This document shows, piece by piece, positions 1-8,429 of a DNA stretch of 19,520 bases. The position numbers and the translations under genes were made by a program. The notes beneath the pieces were generated by a model. The model worked only from the letters and a program-made list of their open reading frames with translations. It was not told the origin of the DNA and ran no database searches. The DNA lies in contig JAYODI010000097.1 of the NCBI GenBank assembly GCA_038279365.1, positions 1 through 19,520 of the forward strand. Reading direction: 5' to 3'. The stretch is from Candidatus Latescibacterota bacterium. Its GTDB lineage: Bacteria > Latescibacterota > UBA2968. Positions within the stretch are counted from its first letter, which is position 1; the number at the start of each line of letters is the position of its first letter.

Positions 1-56
1 CCGTTTGCCGTTTGCCGTTTGCCGTTTGCCGTTTGCCGTTTGCCGTTTGCCCTTTC
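1..56. repeat. Heptamer tandem repeat (CCGTTTG)7 plus one degenerate copy CCCTTTC; probably continues beyond the left edge
   Basis: Seven exact CCGTTTG units at 1-49, then CCCTTTC at 50-56. It lies just downstream of the msrP stop codon. Confidence 0.95.
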
Positions 57-68
57 CCCTCTCACGCC

Positions 69-1031
69 CTACCCATACATCTGCGCCACAAAATCCCCAT
101 ACCCATTATACATATGCGTCGGCACCCGCTCACCCGTATCAATCAACCGTTCACTCGCCTGTGACCAGCGCGGGTGTGGTACCTTGGGATTTACATTCGC
201 ATAAAAATCGTATTCATCAGGTGCCAGTTTGTTCCAAAATGTAGGTGGTTGTCGTTTTACAAACTCAATTTTCACAATCGACTTAATGCTCTTATACCCA
301 TACTTCCAAGGTGTAACCAAACGAATAGGCGCACCGTGTTGTTTTGGCAACGCATGGCCATAAATACCCGTGGCCAACAAAGTCAGTTCATTCGTCGCCT
401 CAGCCATCGTCAAACCTTCAAAATAAGGCCACGGATACCAAGATTGGCTTTTGATGCCCGGTGCCTGTTCGGGGCGGTTAAAGGTAAACATTCGCAAAAA
501 CTTGGCACCCGACTTGGGTTGTACATGGTCAATTAAAGCCTTAAGCGGAAACCCCGTCCAAGGCACCGTCATTGCCCACGCCTCCACACATCGAAACCGA
601 TAAACGCGTTCTTCCAAAGGCATTTTTTTGAGCAAATCATCCAAATCATAAACACCAGGCTTCTCCACCTCGCCAGCAATCTCAATCTGCCAAGGATGAA
701 TTTCAAATTTACCCGTCAACTTATGCACACGCGCTTTATCAGTCGTAAATTCATAAAAATTATTATACTGAGCCGCAATCTTTTCAGGTGTTAAAGCCCG
801 ATCAACCGTGTATTTGGTATTGCGCGTTGCCGGATACAACCCTGGCATCGACTCGGGCACCTCCACCACAAAATCTTCGGCAGCTTCACAACCAGAGGTG
901 GCCCCAATCAAAGCCCCCGCCCCCACAAGCCCCATCGCTTTCATAAAATAACGACGGTTCATATAAACATTTTCTGGCGTTGCCAAGCGTTCGGACAAAG
1001 CCCAATCTTTTTTGATATGAATAAATGCCAT
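69..1031 (-). CDS. msrP: Protein-methionine-sulfoxide reductase catalytic subunit MsrP (YedY), molybdopterin-dependent, Tat-exported
   Basis: Motifs TPENVYMNRRYF (Tat twin-Arg), YNNFYEF, ERVYRFRCVEAWAM (Mo-ligand Cys), LPKQHGAPIRLVTPWKYGYKSIKSIV and ANVNPKVPHPRWSQASER. AGGAG RBS upstream. Confidence 0.95.
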   Translation of the reverse strand: MAFIHIKKDWALSERLATPENVYMNRRYFMKAMGLVGAGALIGATSGCEAAEDFVVEVPESMPGLYPATRNTKYTVDRALTPEKIAAQYNNFYEFTTDKARVHKLTGKFEIHPWQIEIAGEVEKPGVYDLDDLLKKMPLEERVYRFRCVEAWAMTVPWTGFPLKALIDHVQPKSGAKFLRMFTFNRPEQAPGIKSQSWYPWPYFEGLTMAEATNELTLLATGIYGHALPKQHGAPIRLVTPWKYGYKSIKSIVKIEFVKRQPPTFWNKLAPDEYDFYANVNPKVPHPRWSQASERLIDTGERVPTHMYNGYGDFVAQMYG

Positions 1032-1081
1032 ATTGCACTCCTTAGAAGACAGTGACCACGCAATAGTCCTTATACCTCTAT

Positions 1082-1110
1082 AGTATATATTTTTCTTTCA
1101 CGAGAATCAA
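1082..1110 (-). promoter_or_regulatory. Putative sigma70 promoter for msrP
   Basis: The minus strand reads TTGATT-N17-TATACT, about 50 nt upstream of the msrP start and just after the gltA terminator. Confidence 0.55.
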
Positions 1111-1171
1111 CCACCCAAAAGTCACAAATTCATCACATTTTGATCACAACACCCGTCCTTCTTCCTACATC

Positions 1172-1206
1172 AAAAAAGCGCAAGCCCCACGAATGGTGCT
1201 TGCGCT
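1172..1206 (-). terminator. Rho-independent terminator after citrate synthase
   Basis: Minus strand AGCGCAAGCACCA-TTCG-TGGGGCTTGCGCT followed by a T tract: GC-rich stem with one mismatch and a UUCG loop. Confidence 0.85.
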
Positions 1207-1232
1207 CTCACTATATCCAGAAAAGTGCTACT

Positions 1233-2540
1233 TTACCGATTGGCCATCTCTGGCACATCACGCACATCTTCACCCGTATACACTTGACGTGGGCGGGCAA
1301 TGCGTTGTTCGCCGTCTGCCAACAATTCACGCCATTGTGCCAACCAACCCGACGTGCGCGGAATGGCAAACAACACCGGATACATATCCACAGGCAAACC
1401 CATAGCCTGATAAATGATGCCCGAGTAAAAATCAACATTTGGATACAAATTGCGCGACACAAAATAATCGTCTTCTAAGGCAATGCGTTCCAATTCCAAG
1501 GCAATATCAATCAGCGGGTTTTTACCCGTCACTTCAAAAACTTCATAAGCTGTCTTTTTGATAATGGTTGCACGAGGATCGTAGCTTTTATAAACCCGAT
1601 GCCCAAATCCTTGCAACAACACTTCCTTTTTCTTTACCCGTTCAATATAACTGGGCACATTGTCAATGTTGCCAATGGTTCTCAGCATTTTTAATACCGC
1701 TTCATTGGCCCCACCGTGCAATGGACCATACAAGGCTGCCGCAGCACCCGCAATGGCCGAATAAGGATCGGCATGGCTGCTGCCAATACCCCGCATCGTG
1801 CTCGTACTGCAATTTTGCTCATGATCGGCATGTAAAACAAACAACACTTCCAAAGCGCGTTCCAAAATAGGATCGGGCTGATAGGTTTGCCCTGGGTGTG
1901 CAAAAAGCATGTTGAGCATATTGGCCGTATAGCTTAAATCGGGGTTGGGGTAGATATAAGGCAACCCACGACTATGACGAAAGCCAAATGCTGCAACCGT
2001 TGCCACTTTGGCCACCAAACGACGGGTATGCAATTCAACGGCTTCAGGGTCTTCAATATTGCGAGAATCTTGATACAGTGTCGACTTAGCACCCAAAATC
2101 CCCACCAACATACCCATGGTATGGGCATTATAGCGATAACCACCCAAAACCTGCTTAATGCTTTCGTGTACCATAGAGTTTGAAACAATATCTTTTTCCC
2201 AGGCATCCAATTCTGCCTGATTGGGCAATTTGTCATACAAAAGCAAATGTGCCACTTCCAAATACGTGCACTGCTCTGCCAATTGCTCAATGGGATACCC
2301 GCGGTATCTCAAAATACCCTTTTCACCATCAATAAACGTGATCGAACTCTTACACGACGCCGTATTGCCATACCCTGGATCATAGGTCATCAGACCAAAA
2401 TCATCATCACCCACCTTAATGGCACGCAATGCTGCAGCAGGAATTGCCGCACCATATTTAGGATATGTACCATAAGCAATTGGCACCTCATATGTCTGAC
2501 CTGTTCTGTTGTCCGTAATTGTGAGGGAGTCTTTACCCAT
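1233..2540 (-). CDS. gltA: Citrate synthase
   Basis: Motifs YDPGYGNTASCKSSITFIDGEKGILRYRGYPIEQLA, LHADHEQNCST, GPLHGGANE, GFGHRVYKSYDPRA and YPNVDFYSG. Confidence 0.97.
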   Translation of the reverse strand: MGKDSLTITDNRTGQTYEVPIAYGTYPKYGAAIPAAALRAIKVGDDDFGLMTYDPGYGNTASCKSSITFIDGEKGILRYRGYPIEQLAEQCTYLEVAHLLLYDKLPNQAELDAWEKDIVSNSMVHESIKQVLGGYRYNAHTMGMLVGILGAKSTLYQDSRNIEDPEAVELHTRRLVAKVATVAAFGFRHSRGLPYIYPNPDLSYTANMLNMLFAHPGQTYQPDPILERALEVLFVLHADHEQNCSTSTMRGIGSSHADPYSAIAGAAAALYGPLHGGANEAVLKMLRTIGNIDNVPSYIERVKKKEVLLQGFGHRVYKSYDPRATIIKKTAYEVFEVTGKNPLIDIALELERIALEDDYFVSRNLYPNVDFYSGIIYQAMGLPVDMYPVLFAIPRTSGWLAQWRELLADGEQRIARPRQVYTGEDVRDVPEMANR

Positions 2541-2585
2541 CCCACAGCTCCTTTCTAATCCTACCCATCCATTGGAGGAGAAATG

Positions 2586-3245
2586 TTAAGCACGTGCCTG
2601 ATAGACCATACACATCTGATTTTTACCTGTTGCATCTGTATCAATAACGGGCACAGCTTCCACTTCAGCAAAATGTATTTTTAATGCCCGTTCATAAGAA
2701 GGAGTCAGTTGCGACGCGCGGGTGGCCAATGCACCACCCGATCGCAATCGCGATTGCAAAACCTGCAACATCTTCAAACTATACACACGCCGATTTTCAA
2801 CCCGCATGACCCGATCAGGACCTTCATCAATATGTAATACAATACCGTGATAATTGCGTGGCGTGCCTTGTACATAGTCGCAAAAATCACCCACAATCAA
2901 TTCAACACGAGGGTCATCTAACAAATCGGCATTGCCCAAATATTCGCGATTCCAATCCACCACACGCGGTTCCAGTTCAACCACACAAACAGACCGCACA
3001 GATTCATGGGCCAATATATGGCGCAATGTAACCCCCAAACCCAATCCACCCACCAAAACCTCGGCATGTCGCCCAGTCACACCCAACAATGCCGCTTGGG
3101 CCAGTTGTTGGGCCAAATTTGCAAAATAGGTTGCCATGAGCAACGCATCATGAGCAAACAATTCAAAATGTGTTTCCGCACCGACATCAATAGCCGAGAG
3201 GCGAAACATGCCATTTTTAGTGGTGGCAACCACCCGCTGAGCCAT
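2586..3245 (-). CDS. Spermidine-synthase-like class I SAM-dependent methyltransferase fold protein (likely start ATG 3245, MAQRVV...)
   Basis: Motif I VLVGGLGLGVT, acidic VVELE, GD(F) motif and DEGPD. A GGAG RBS precedes 3245. The ORF track extends it to 3275. Confidence 0.75.
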   Translation of the reverse strand: MAQRVVATTKNGMFRLSAIDVGAETHFELFAHDALLMATYFANLAQQLAQAALLGVTGRHAEVLVGGLGLGVTLRHILAHESVRSVCVVELEPRVVDWNREYLGNADLLDDPRVELIVGDFCDYVQGTPRNYHGIVLHIDEGPDRVMRVENRRVYSLKMLQVLQSRLRSGGALATRASQLTPSYERALKIHFAEVEAVPVIDTDATGKNQMCMVYQARA

Positions 3246-3364
3246 AGATATCCATCTCCACAACACCATCACCAAATAAGAAACAAGCCCTTACAATATA
3301 TATGAGAATTGGATTTTTCCAAACAGATTTGGCAACTGCGTGTCATCTTGCCATCCCAAAATTC

Positions 3365-3393
3365 TTGACATTTGTATAGGACAAGGTTAAATA
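3365..3393 (+). promoter_or_regulatory. Possible sigma70 promoter for the HAD hydrolase gene cluster
   Basis: Perfect TTGACA at 3365-3370 in the divergent intergenic region. The -10 candidate TAAATA at N17 is imperfect. Confidence 0.3.
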
Positions 3394-3481
3394 TCTCGCC
3401 CAATAGACACAATCACCACAAACATATGCCTACAAATCAAATCCAAACACCACTCCTACCAGTAACCCAAATGGATACAAT

Positions 3482-4309
3482 ATGTTAAAAACAAGCACCA
3501 TCGAACAAATATCTCAATCCATCCAACAAGGGGGCTATCGCTCCGTTGTATTCGACTTTGATGGCACCCTCTCACTCATTCGCCAAGGCTGGCGAGAAAT
3601 CATGATTCCCATGATGGTTGACATACTCACCCAGCTCAAAACCCCAGAAACCAAAACCGAGCTTGAAACCTTGGTTGCAGACTATGTCGATCGCCTCACT
3701 GGCAAACAAACCATTTATCAAATGATCCAATTATGTGAAGAAATTCAAAAACGTGGGGGCACCCCCAAAGAACCGCTCCACTATAAAAAACAATTTAACG
3801 ACCTCCTCAATAACCACATCAAAAAACGCATACAAGGGCTTCAGTCTGGTCAAATATTGGCCGATGACCTCATGCTTTTAGGCACACGAAATCTTCTCGA
3901 CAACCTGATCAATCGCAATTTGGTACTCTACCTCGCCAGTGGCACCGACGAAGTTTTTGTACGTCAAGAAGCCAACCTCTTGGGCATTACCTCTTATTTT
4001 GAAGACCGCATTTTTGGTGCGCAAGATCAATATCAAAGTTTTTCCAAAGCCCAAGTCATCCAAAACATCCTCAAAACCCATGCCATCAATGGCAACGAAT
4101 TACTTGGTTTTGGCGATGGATATGTCGAAATCGAAAATGTCAAAGCCGTTGGTGGCACCACCATTGGCGTAGCATCCGACGAAGTCCAACGTGAAAACCT
4201 TAATGCATGGAAGCGAGAACGCCTCATCAGCGTAGGAGCCGACATCATCATTCCCCATTACAACGAGCAGGAAACACTTATTTCTTACTTATGTGATATA
4301 GACGAATAA
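3482..4309 (+). CDS. HAD-superfamily hydrolase (phosphatase-like)
   Basis: Motif I VVFDFDGTLS, motif II LASGT, motif III Lys (FSKA) and motif IV GFGDGYVE. Confidence 0.85.
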   Translation: MLKTSTIEQISQSIQQGGYRSVVFDFDGTLSLIRQGWREIMIPMMVDILTQLKTPETKTELETLVADYVDRLTGKQTIYQMIQLCEEIQKRGGTPKEPLHYKKQFNDLLNNHIKKRIQGLQSGQILADDLMLLGTRNLLDNLINRNLVLYLASGTDEVFVRQEANLLGITSYFEDRIFGAQDQYQSFSKAQVIQNILKTHAINGNELLGFGDGYVEIENVKAVGGTTIGVASDEVQRENLNAWKRERLISVGADIIIPHYNEQETLISYLCDIDE

Positions 4310-4574
4310 ACGAACCTGCGGGTGCGCGAAGCGCAAGTTCTCGAAGAGAACGCACCGAACCAGTGGGTGACGCGATGCGGCATAATTCCCGAAGGGAATG
4401 CAGCGTAGCTGCCTCACTGCTCACGAACGAAGTGAGTAACATAGGTGCCCCGCTGCTCACGAGCAAATCGAGTCATAAACGAATAGACGAGACAGGTTTT
4501 GATCCGCAATATCGCAGTTTCGCTGATTCGTTGATTCGCTCGTTTTAGACTTCGCCTGTGCGCTATTTCGCCAC
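4299..4574. other. Structured intergenic element: nested hairpins with C-GNA-G triloops, flanked by short octamer repeats
   Basis: Hairpins TGCGC-GAA-GCGCA (4323-4335), GTTCTC-GAA-GAGAAC (4337-4351), ATTCCC-GAA-GGGAAT (4385-4399) and GCAGC-GTA-GCTGC (4400-4412). Further stems are CAGTGGG/CTCACTG and GCGGG/CCCGC. Octamer units TAGACGAA/TAAACGAA at 4299-4314 and 4476-4491, and TTCGYTGA-like units at 4519-4574. Confidence 0.7.
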
Positions 4575-4592
4575 TTTTCCCGAGACCAACCC

Positions 4593-5570
4593 ATGCCCTA
4601 CAAAACCTTTGACCGTTCCAAACTTAAACTCCGTCCACTCGCCGAGCGCGACCACGACATCACCATCGCCCAATTTCCCAATTTAAACACACCCATCCCC
4701 CCATTTCACAACCCCAAATTCGATATTGTCACAGACCGCATTGTCAAAGCCCGCCAAAACAACCGCCCCGTCATCCTCATGATCGGTGCTCATGTCATCC
4801 GCTCGGGCGCAGCCCCTTATCTCATCAATCTCATGGAACAGGGCCTCATCACCCACATCGCAGGCAATGGGGCGTGTGCCATTCACGATTATGAACTCGC
4901 TCTTGTGGGTGCCACCACCGAAAGCGTGGCCCGTTACATTCGCACCGGAGAATTTGGCCTTTGGACAGAATCAGGTGCCCTCAACACCATCGCCCAAGAA
5001 GCCGTCGATCACAAAATGGGCTTGGGTGAAGCCGTGGGACATCACATCATCAATAACAATTTACCTCATACCAGCATCAGTGTGTTTGCTGCCGCCGTGC
5101 GCCTCAGCATTCCCATCACCGTTCACGTGAGCCTCGGTTACGACATTGTTCACGAACATCCCAACTGTGATGGCGCAAGCATTGGTGCATCCAGTTACAC
5201 AGATTTTTTGGTTTTTACCGAATCGGTTTCGCACCTCGAAGGCGGCGTGTTGCTCAACATTGGCACCGCCATTATGGGGCCCGAAGTCTACCTCAAAGCC
5301 CTCTCCATGGTGCGCAATGTGGCCCATCAAGAAAACCGCACCATTGCCCAATTTACCACCGCCGTTTTTGATCTCATCCCCTTAGGTGACGACATTGACA
5401 CCGAAGCACCCAAAACCGATCCGCGTTATTATTATCGCCCCTTTAAAACCATTTTGGTGCGCACGGTGCGCGATGGTGGCGAAAGCTATTACATCCAAGG
5501 CGATCACAAAGTCACAATCCCCAATCTTTATCACCAAGTGACCACCAAATATGCAAAACATTCTCGCTGA
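4593..5570 (+). CDS. Conserved hypothetical protein with deoxyhypusine-synthase-like fold (GSU2086-like)
   Basis: Pattern ILMIGAHVI..G..PYLINLM, AGNGACAIHDYE, P(I)TVHVSLGYDIVHEHP, EGGVLLNIGTAIMGPEVYLKALS. Recognised from memory; function unknown. Confidence 0.6.
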   Translation: MPYKTFDRSKLKLRPLAERDHDITIAQFPNLNTPIPPFHNPKFDIVTDRIVKARQNNRPVILMIGAHVIRSGAAPYLINLMEQGLITHIAGNGACAIHDYELALVGATTESVARYIRTGEFGLWTESGALNTIAQEAVDHKMGLGEAVGHHIINNNLPHTSISVFAAAVRLSIPITVHVSLGYDIVHEHPNCDGASIGASSYTDFLVFTESVSHLEGGVLLNIGTAIMGPEVYLKALSMVRNVAHQENRTIAQFTTAVFDLIPLGDDIDTEAPKTDPRYYYRPFKTILVRTVRDGGESYYIQGDHKVTIPNLYHQVTTKYAKHSR

Positions 5571-6294
5571 AGTCTGTGTCGAATCGCTCATCGGTGCACA
5601 GGTCGCTCAAGAAGCAGGTGCGCACCGAATAGAATTGTGTAGCAGCCTCTCAGAAGGTGGGCTTACCCCCAGTGCAGGTCTCATCAAACAAGTTTGCAAA
5701 CACAGCCATCTCCCCATTCATGTCATGATCCGCCCCAGGAGAGGTGATTTCTGTTACACACCCACAGAAATAGACACCATGATCAACGACATCACCTATG
5801 CAAAAGAGCAAGGTGCAAATGGCATTGTGCTGGGCCTTCTCAACCCCAACGGAACCATCGACAACAGCAACACCCAACACCTCATCAAAACCGTCCATCC
5901 GCTTGCCATCACCTTCCACCGCGCCTTTGACCTCACCCATGACCCATTTGAAGCACTCGAAACACTCATAGACTTGGGCATCCATCGTGTGCTTACATCT
6001 GGGTGCGTGCCATCTGCAGAACAAGGTGTGAATACCCTTCAAAAACTCATTAAACACGCACAAGATCGCATCATCATAATGCCAGGTGGTGGCATCACCG
6101 AACAAAACGTTAAAACCATCATCCAAAAAACAAATGCCACAGAAATCCATTTTTCAGGACGCATCCAAATAGAAAGCGTCATGCAACATCGCAATGAAAA
6201 ACTGGCATTTTCATCCCCTTCACAATCAGAATACACACACCACGTAACCGATCTCAATCGCATTCGCGCCATATTAAAAGCCACAAAGGAATAA
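5551..6294 (+). CDS. cutC: Copper homeostasis protein CutC
   Basis: Motifs EVCVES, GAHRIELCSSLSEGGLTPS, VMIRPRRGDFCY, TFHRAFD, RVLTSG, IMPGGG and EIHFS. Confidence 0.95.
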   Translation: MQNILAEVCVESLIGAQVAQEAGAHRIELCSSLSEGGLTPSAGLIKQVCKHSHLPIHVMIRPRRGDFCYTPTEIDTMINDITYAKEQGANGIVLGLLNPNGTIDNSNTQHLIKTVHPLAITFHRAFDLTHDPFEALETLIDLGIHRVLTSGCVPSAEQGVNTLQKLIKHAQDRIIIMPGGGITEQNVKTIIQKTNATEIHFSGRIQIESVMQHRNEKLAFSSPSQSEYTHHVTDLNRIRAILKATKE

Positions 6295-6296
6295 CC

Positions 6297-7655
6297 ATGT
6301 CACACTTCAACGGCCCACTACGCAAATGCCCTCAAAACCCACGCTATTTTACCAACGACACAGGCAAAGCCATTTACCTCACAGGCTCGCACGTTTGGCA
6401 CAGCCTCAAAGAGATTGACAACGCAAACGCTATTAACCCCTTTAATTATGATGCCTATATAAACGTGCTCAAAAATCACAACCACAACTTTATGCGCATG
6501 TGGACCTGGGATTATGCACAACACATGCTTGAAGACAAACTGTTTCAGTCCGAACCCCACCAATGGGTTCGATCAGGTTCCGAAAATGCTTTAGATGGCA
6601 AACCCAAATTTGACCTCACGCAATTAAACGAAGCCTATTTTCAAAGACTCAGGCAACGCGTTGAAATGGCCGCATCGCGTGGCATCTATGTCTCCATCAT
6701 GCTTTTTGAAGGCTGGGCCATACATTCATCTCAAGAACCGTGGTGCAAAAATGGACATCCCATGTGCAAAGACAACAACATCAACAACATTGATGGCGAC
6801 CCCAACAACACAGGTCGCATGTATGACACACACAGCCTCAAATATCCTGCAATCACGGCCATACAAGAAACCTATGTCAAAAAAGTCATCGACACCGTTA
6901 ATGACCTCGACAACGTCCTCTACGAAATCTCAAATGAAACCGGTGCCTACTCAACCCAATGGCAATACCACTTAATCAACTTCATCCACACCTACGAAAA
7001 ACAAAAACCCAAACAACATCCTGTAGGCATGACTTTTCAACACGCCCGACATGACAAAGGTACCAACCAAGCGCTCTTCAACAGCCCTGCCGATTGGATA
7101 TCACCCAATCCAGAAGGAGGGTATAAAGACAACCCACCAGCCTCAGACGGCTCAAAAATTATTTTAACAGACACCGACCACCTCTGGGGTTTGGGCTGTG
7201 CGCCAGGTTGGGTTTGGAAAAGTTTTACACGGGGCCTCAACCCCATTCTTATGGACCCCATCAAACCCTTTCCGGGCATTGATGAGCATCCCAATTGGGG
7301 CAACATCAATCACCCCAATCATCCTTTGTGGGAACCCATTCGAAAACAAATGGGCGACACCTTACTTATGGCCAAACGCACAAACTTAGCCGCCATGTCA
7401 CCCCACAATGAGCTATCCTCCGCCACCTATTGTTTGGCCAATCCCGGCCAAGAATACATCATATACATACCCGAAGGAGATGCCGTTACCATTGACCTTT
7501 CCCATGCCTCAGGAACCCTCTACCTTGAGTGGTTAAGCGCAATCAATGGCAACACCATCGAAAAAAGTCTGGCGCTTGGCGGACAAAAACACGAGTTTAC
7601 CCCTCCATTTGATGGCGAAGCGGTTTTATACATCTATAAACAACAAAAGCAATAA
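6297..7655 (+). CDS. Putative glycoside-hydrolase-like TIM-barrel protein (DUF4038/DUF6298-like) with C-terminal beta domain
   Basis: Motifs NPRYF, YLTGSHVW, PKFDLTQLNEAYFQRL and NVLYEISNE (clan GH-A-like NE acid/base), then DTDHLWG and a C-terminal CLANPGQEYIIYIPEG...PPFDGEAVLYI domain. Confidence 0.6.
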   Translation: MSHFNGPLRKCPQNPRYFTNDTGKAIYLTGSHVWHSLKEIDNANAINPFNYDAYINVLKNHNHNFMRMWTWDYAQHMLEDKLFQSEPHQWVRSGSENALDGKPKFDLTQLNEAYFQRLRQRVEMAASRGIYVSIMLFEGWAIHSSQEPWCKNGHPMCKDNNINNIDGDPNNTGRMYDTHSLKYPAITAIQETYVKKVIDTVNDLDNVLYEISNETGAYSTQWQYHLINFIHTYEKQKPKQHPVGMTFQHARHDKGTNQALFNSPADWISPNPEGGYKDNPPASDGSKIILTDTDHLWGLGCAPGWVWKSFTRGLNPILMDPIKPFPGIDEHPNWGNINHPNHPLWEPIRKQMGDTLLMAKRTNLAAMSPHNELSSATYCLANPGQEYIIYIPEGDAVTIDLSHASGTLYLEWLSAINGNTIEKSLALGGQKHEFTPPFDGEAVLYIYKQQKQ

Positions 7656-7688
7656 CCTCCACACCACGTTTTTACAGAGGAGTTACCT

Positions 7689-8315
7689 ATGCGCTTGATC
7701 ATTGTTGGCACCGAATACACAGGCAAAACCACCCTCGCCAATGCCCTACAACAATGGGGCGCGAGCAAAGGCATTCGCCACCACATGGACGATCACTTCT
7801 CCGTACCCGATCAGCAAACCATTAAAGACCCAGCCGATCAAAAAGCCATGACGGAAGTACCTGAATCCATATTAGAACGTTTTCAACGTTTTCAAATTGC
7901 TTATCATGTGCGCCTGATTAAAAAATATGAGCACATTATTCTCACGGGTTTTCACATTGAAGAAGCTGTTTATGGCCAACGATATTATTATCCCAAATTG
8001 GCCCGTCCTATCGAACACCCACAGTCGTGGGAGCAAGACATGCCCAAAGATGCCATTCTTGTATTGCTCAATGCCAAACTCGATGTCATCAAACAACGCA
8101 TGAAAAATGATCCACACGACTATCCCATTGTGCCAGAATCAGACATCGAAGTGTGTCAAGAAGCCTTTCAAGAAGAATTTCGAAAATCACTCTTTAAAAA
8201 GAAATTTCAAATCGACACATCCGATCTCAATGCAGAAAGCCTCCTCAAAACCTTTTTAGAAAACTCCTATCAATACTTAGGCGCTGCCGATCTTGTCATT
8301 CGCATGGCCAAATAA
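7689..8315 (+). CDS. P-loop nucleoside/nucleotide kinase-like protein
   Basis: N-terminal Walker A LIIVGTEYTGKTT, LVLLNAKLDVIKQR segment and C-terminal IDTS, as in NMP-kinase folds. GAGGAG RBS. Confidence 0.65.
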   Translation: MRLIIVGTEYTGKTTLANALQQWGASKGIRHHMDDHFSVPDQQTIKDPADQKAMTEVPESILERFQRFQIAYHVRLIKKYEHIILTGFHIEEAVYGQRYYYPKLARPIEHPQSWEQDMPKDAILVLLNAKLDVIKQRMKNDPHDYPIVPESDIEVCQEAFQEEFRKSLFKKKFQIDTSDLNAESLLKTFLENSYQYLGAADLVIRMAK

Positions 8316-8320
8316 AATAC

Positions 8321-8355
8321 AGGCATCCCCAACAACTGTTGGGGATGCCTTACTT
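8321..8355 (+). terminator. Inverted repeat, probable terminator after the kinase gene
   Basis: AGGCATCCCCAACA-AC-TGTTGGGGATGCCT is a 14-nt perfect inverted repeat starting 6 nt after the stop. The T tract is weak. Confidence 0.65.
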
Positions 8356-8429
8356 AAAGCATAAAATATCACCTCATTCGCTAAAACTTCACACCCCCTC
8401 CTATCTCCACATAACACCCAAAAAGCGAT

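Noticed and set aside
1-244. Plus-strand ORFs 5..244 and 19..204 (MPFAVCRL repeats), and the idea of a CRISPR array
   Set aside because: The ORFs are translations of the heptamer repeat running antisense into msrP. There are no spacers, so it is not CRISPR.
4278-4548. ORFs 4278..4466 (-) and 4363..4548 (+), or a tRNA, in the structured intergenic region
   Set aside because: There are no protein motifs or clear RBS, and the sequence is better explained by hairpins. No cloverleaf with T-loop or CCA is present.
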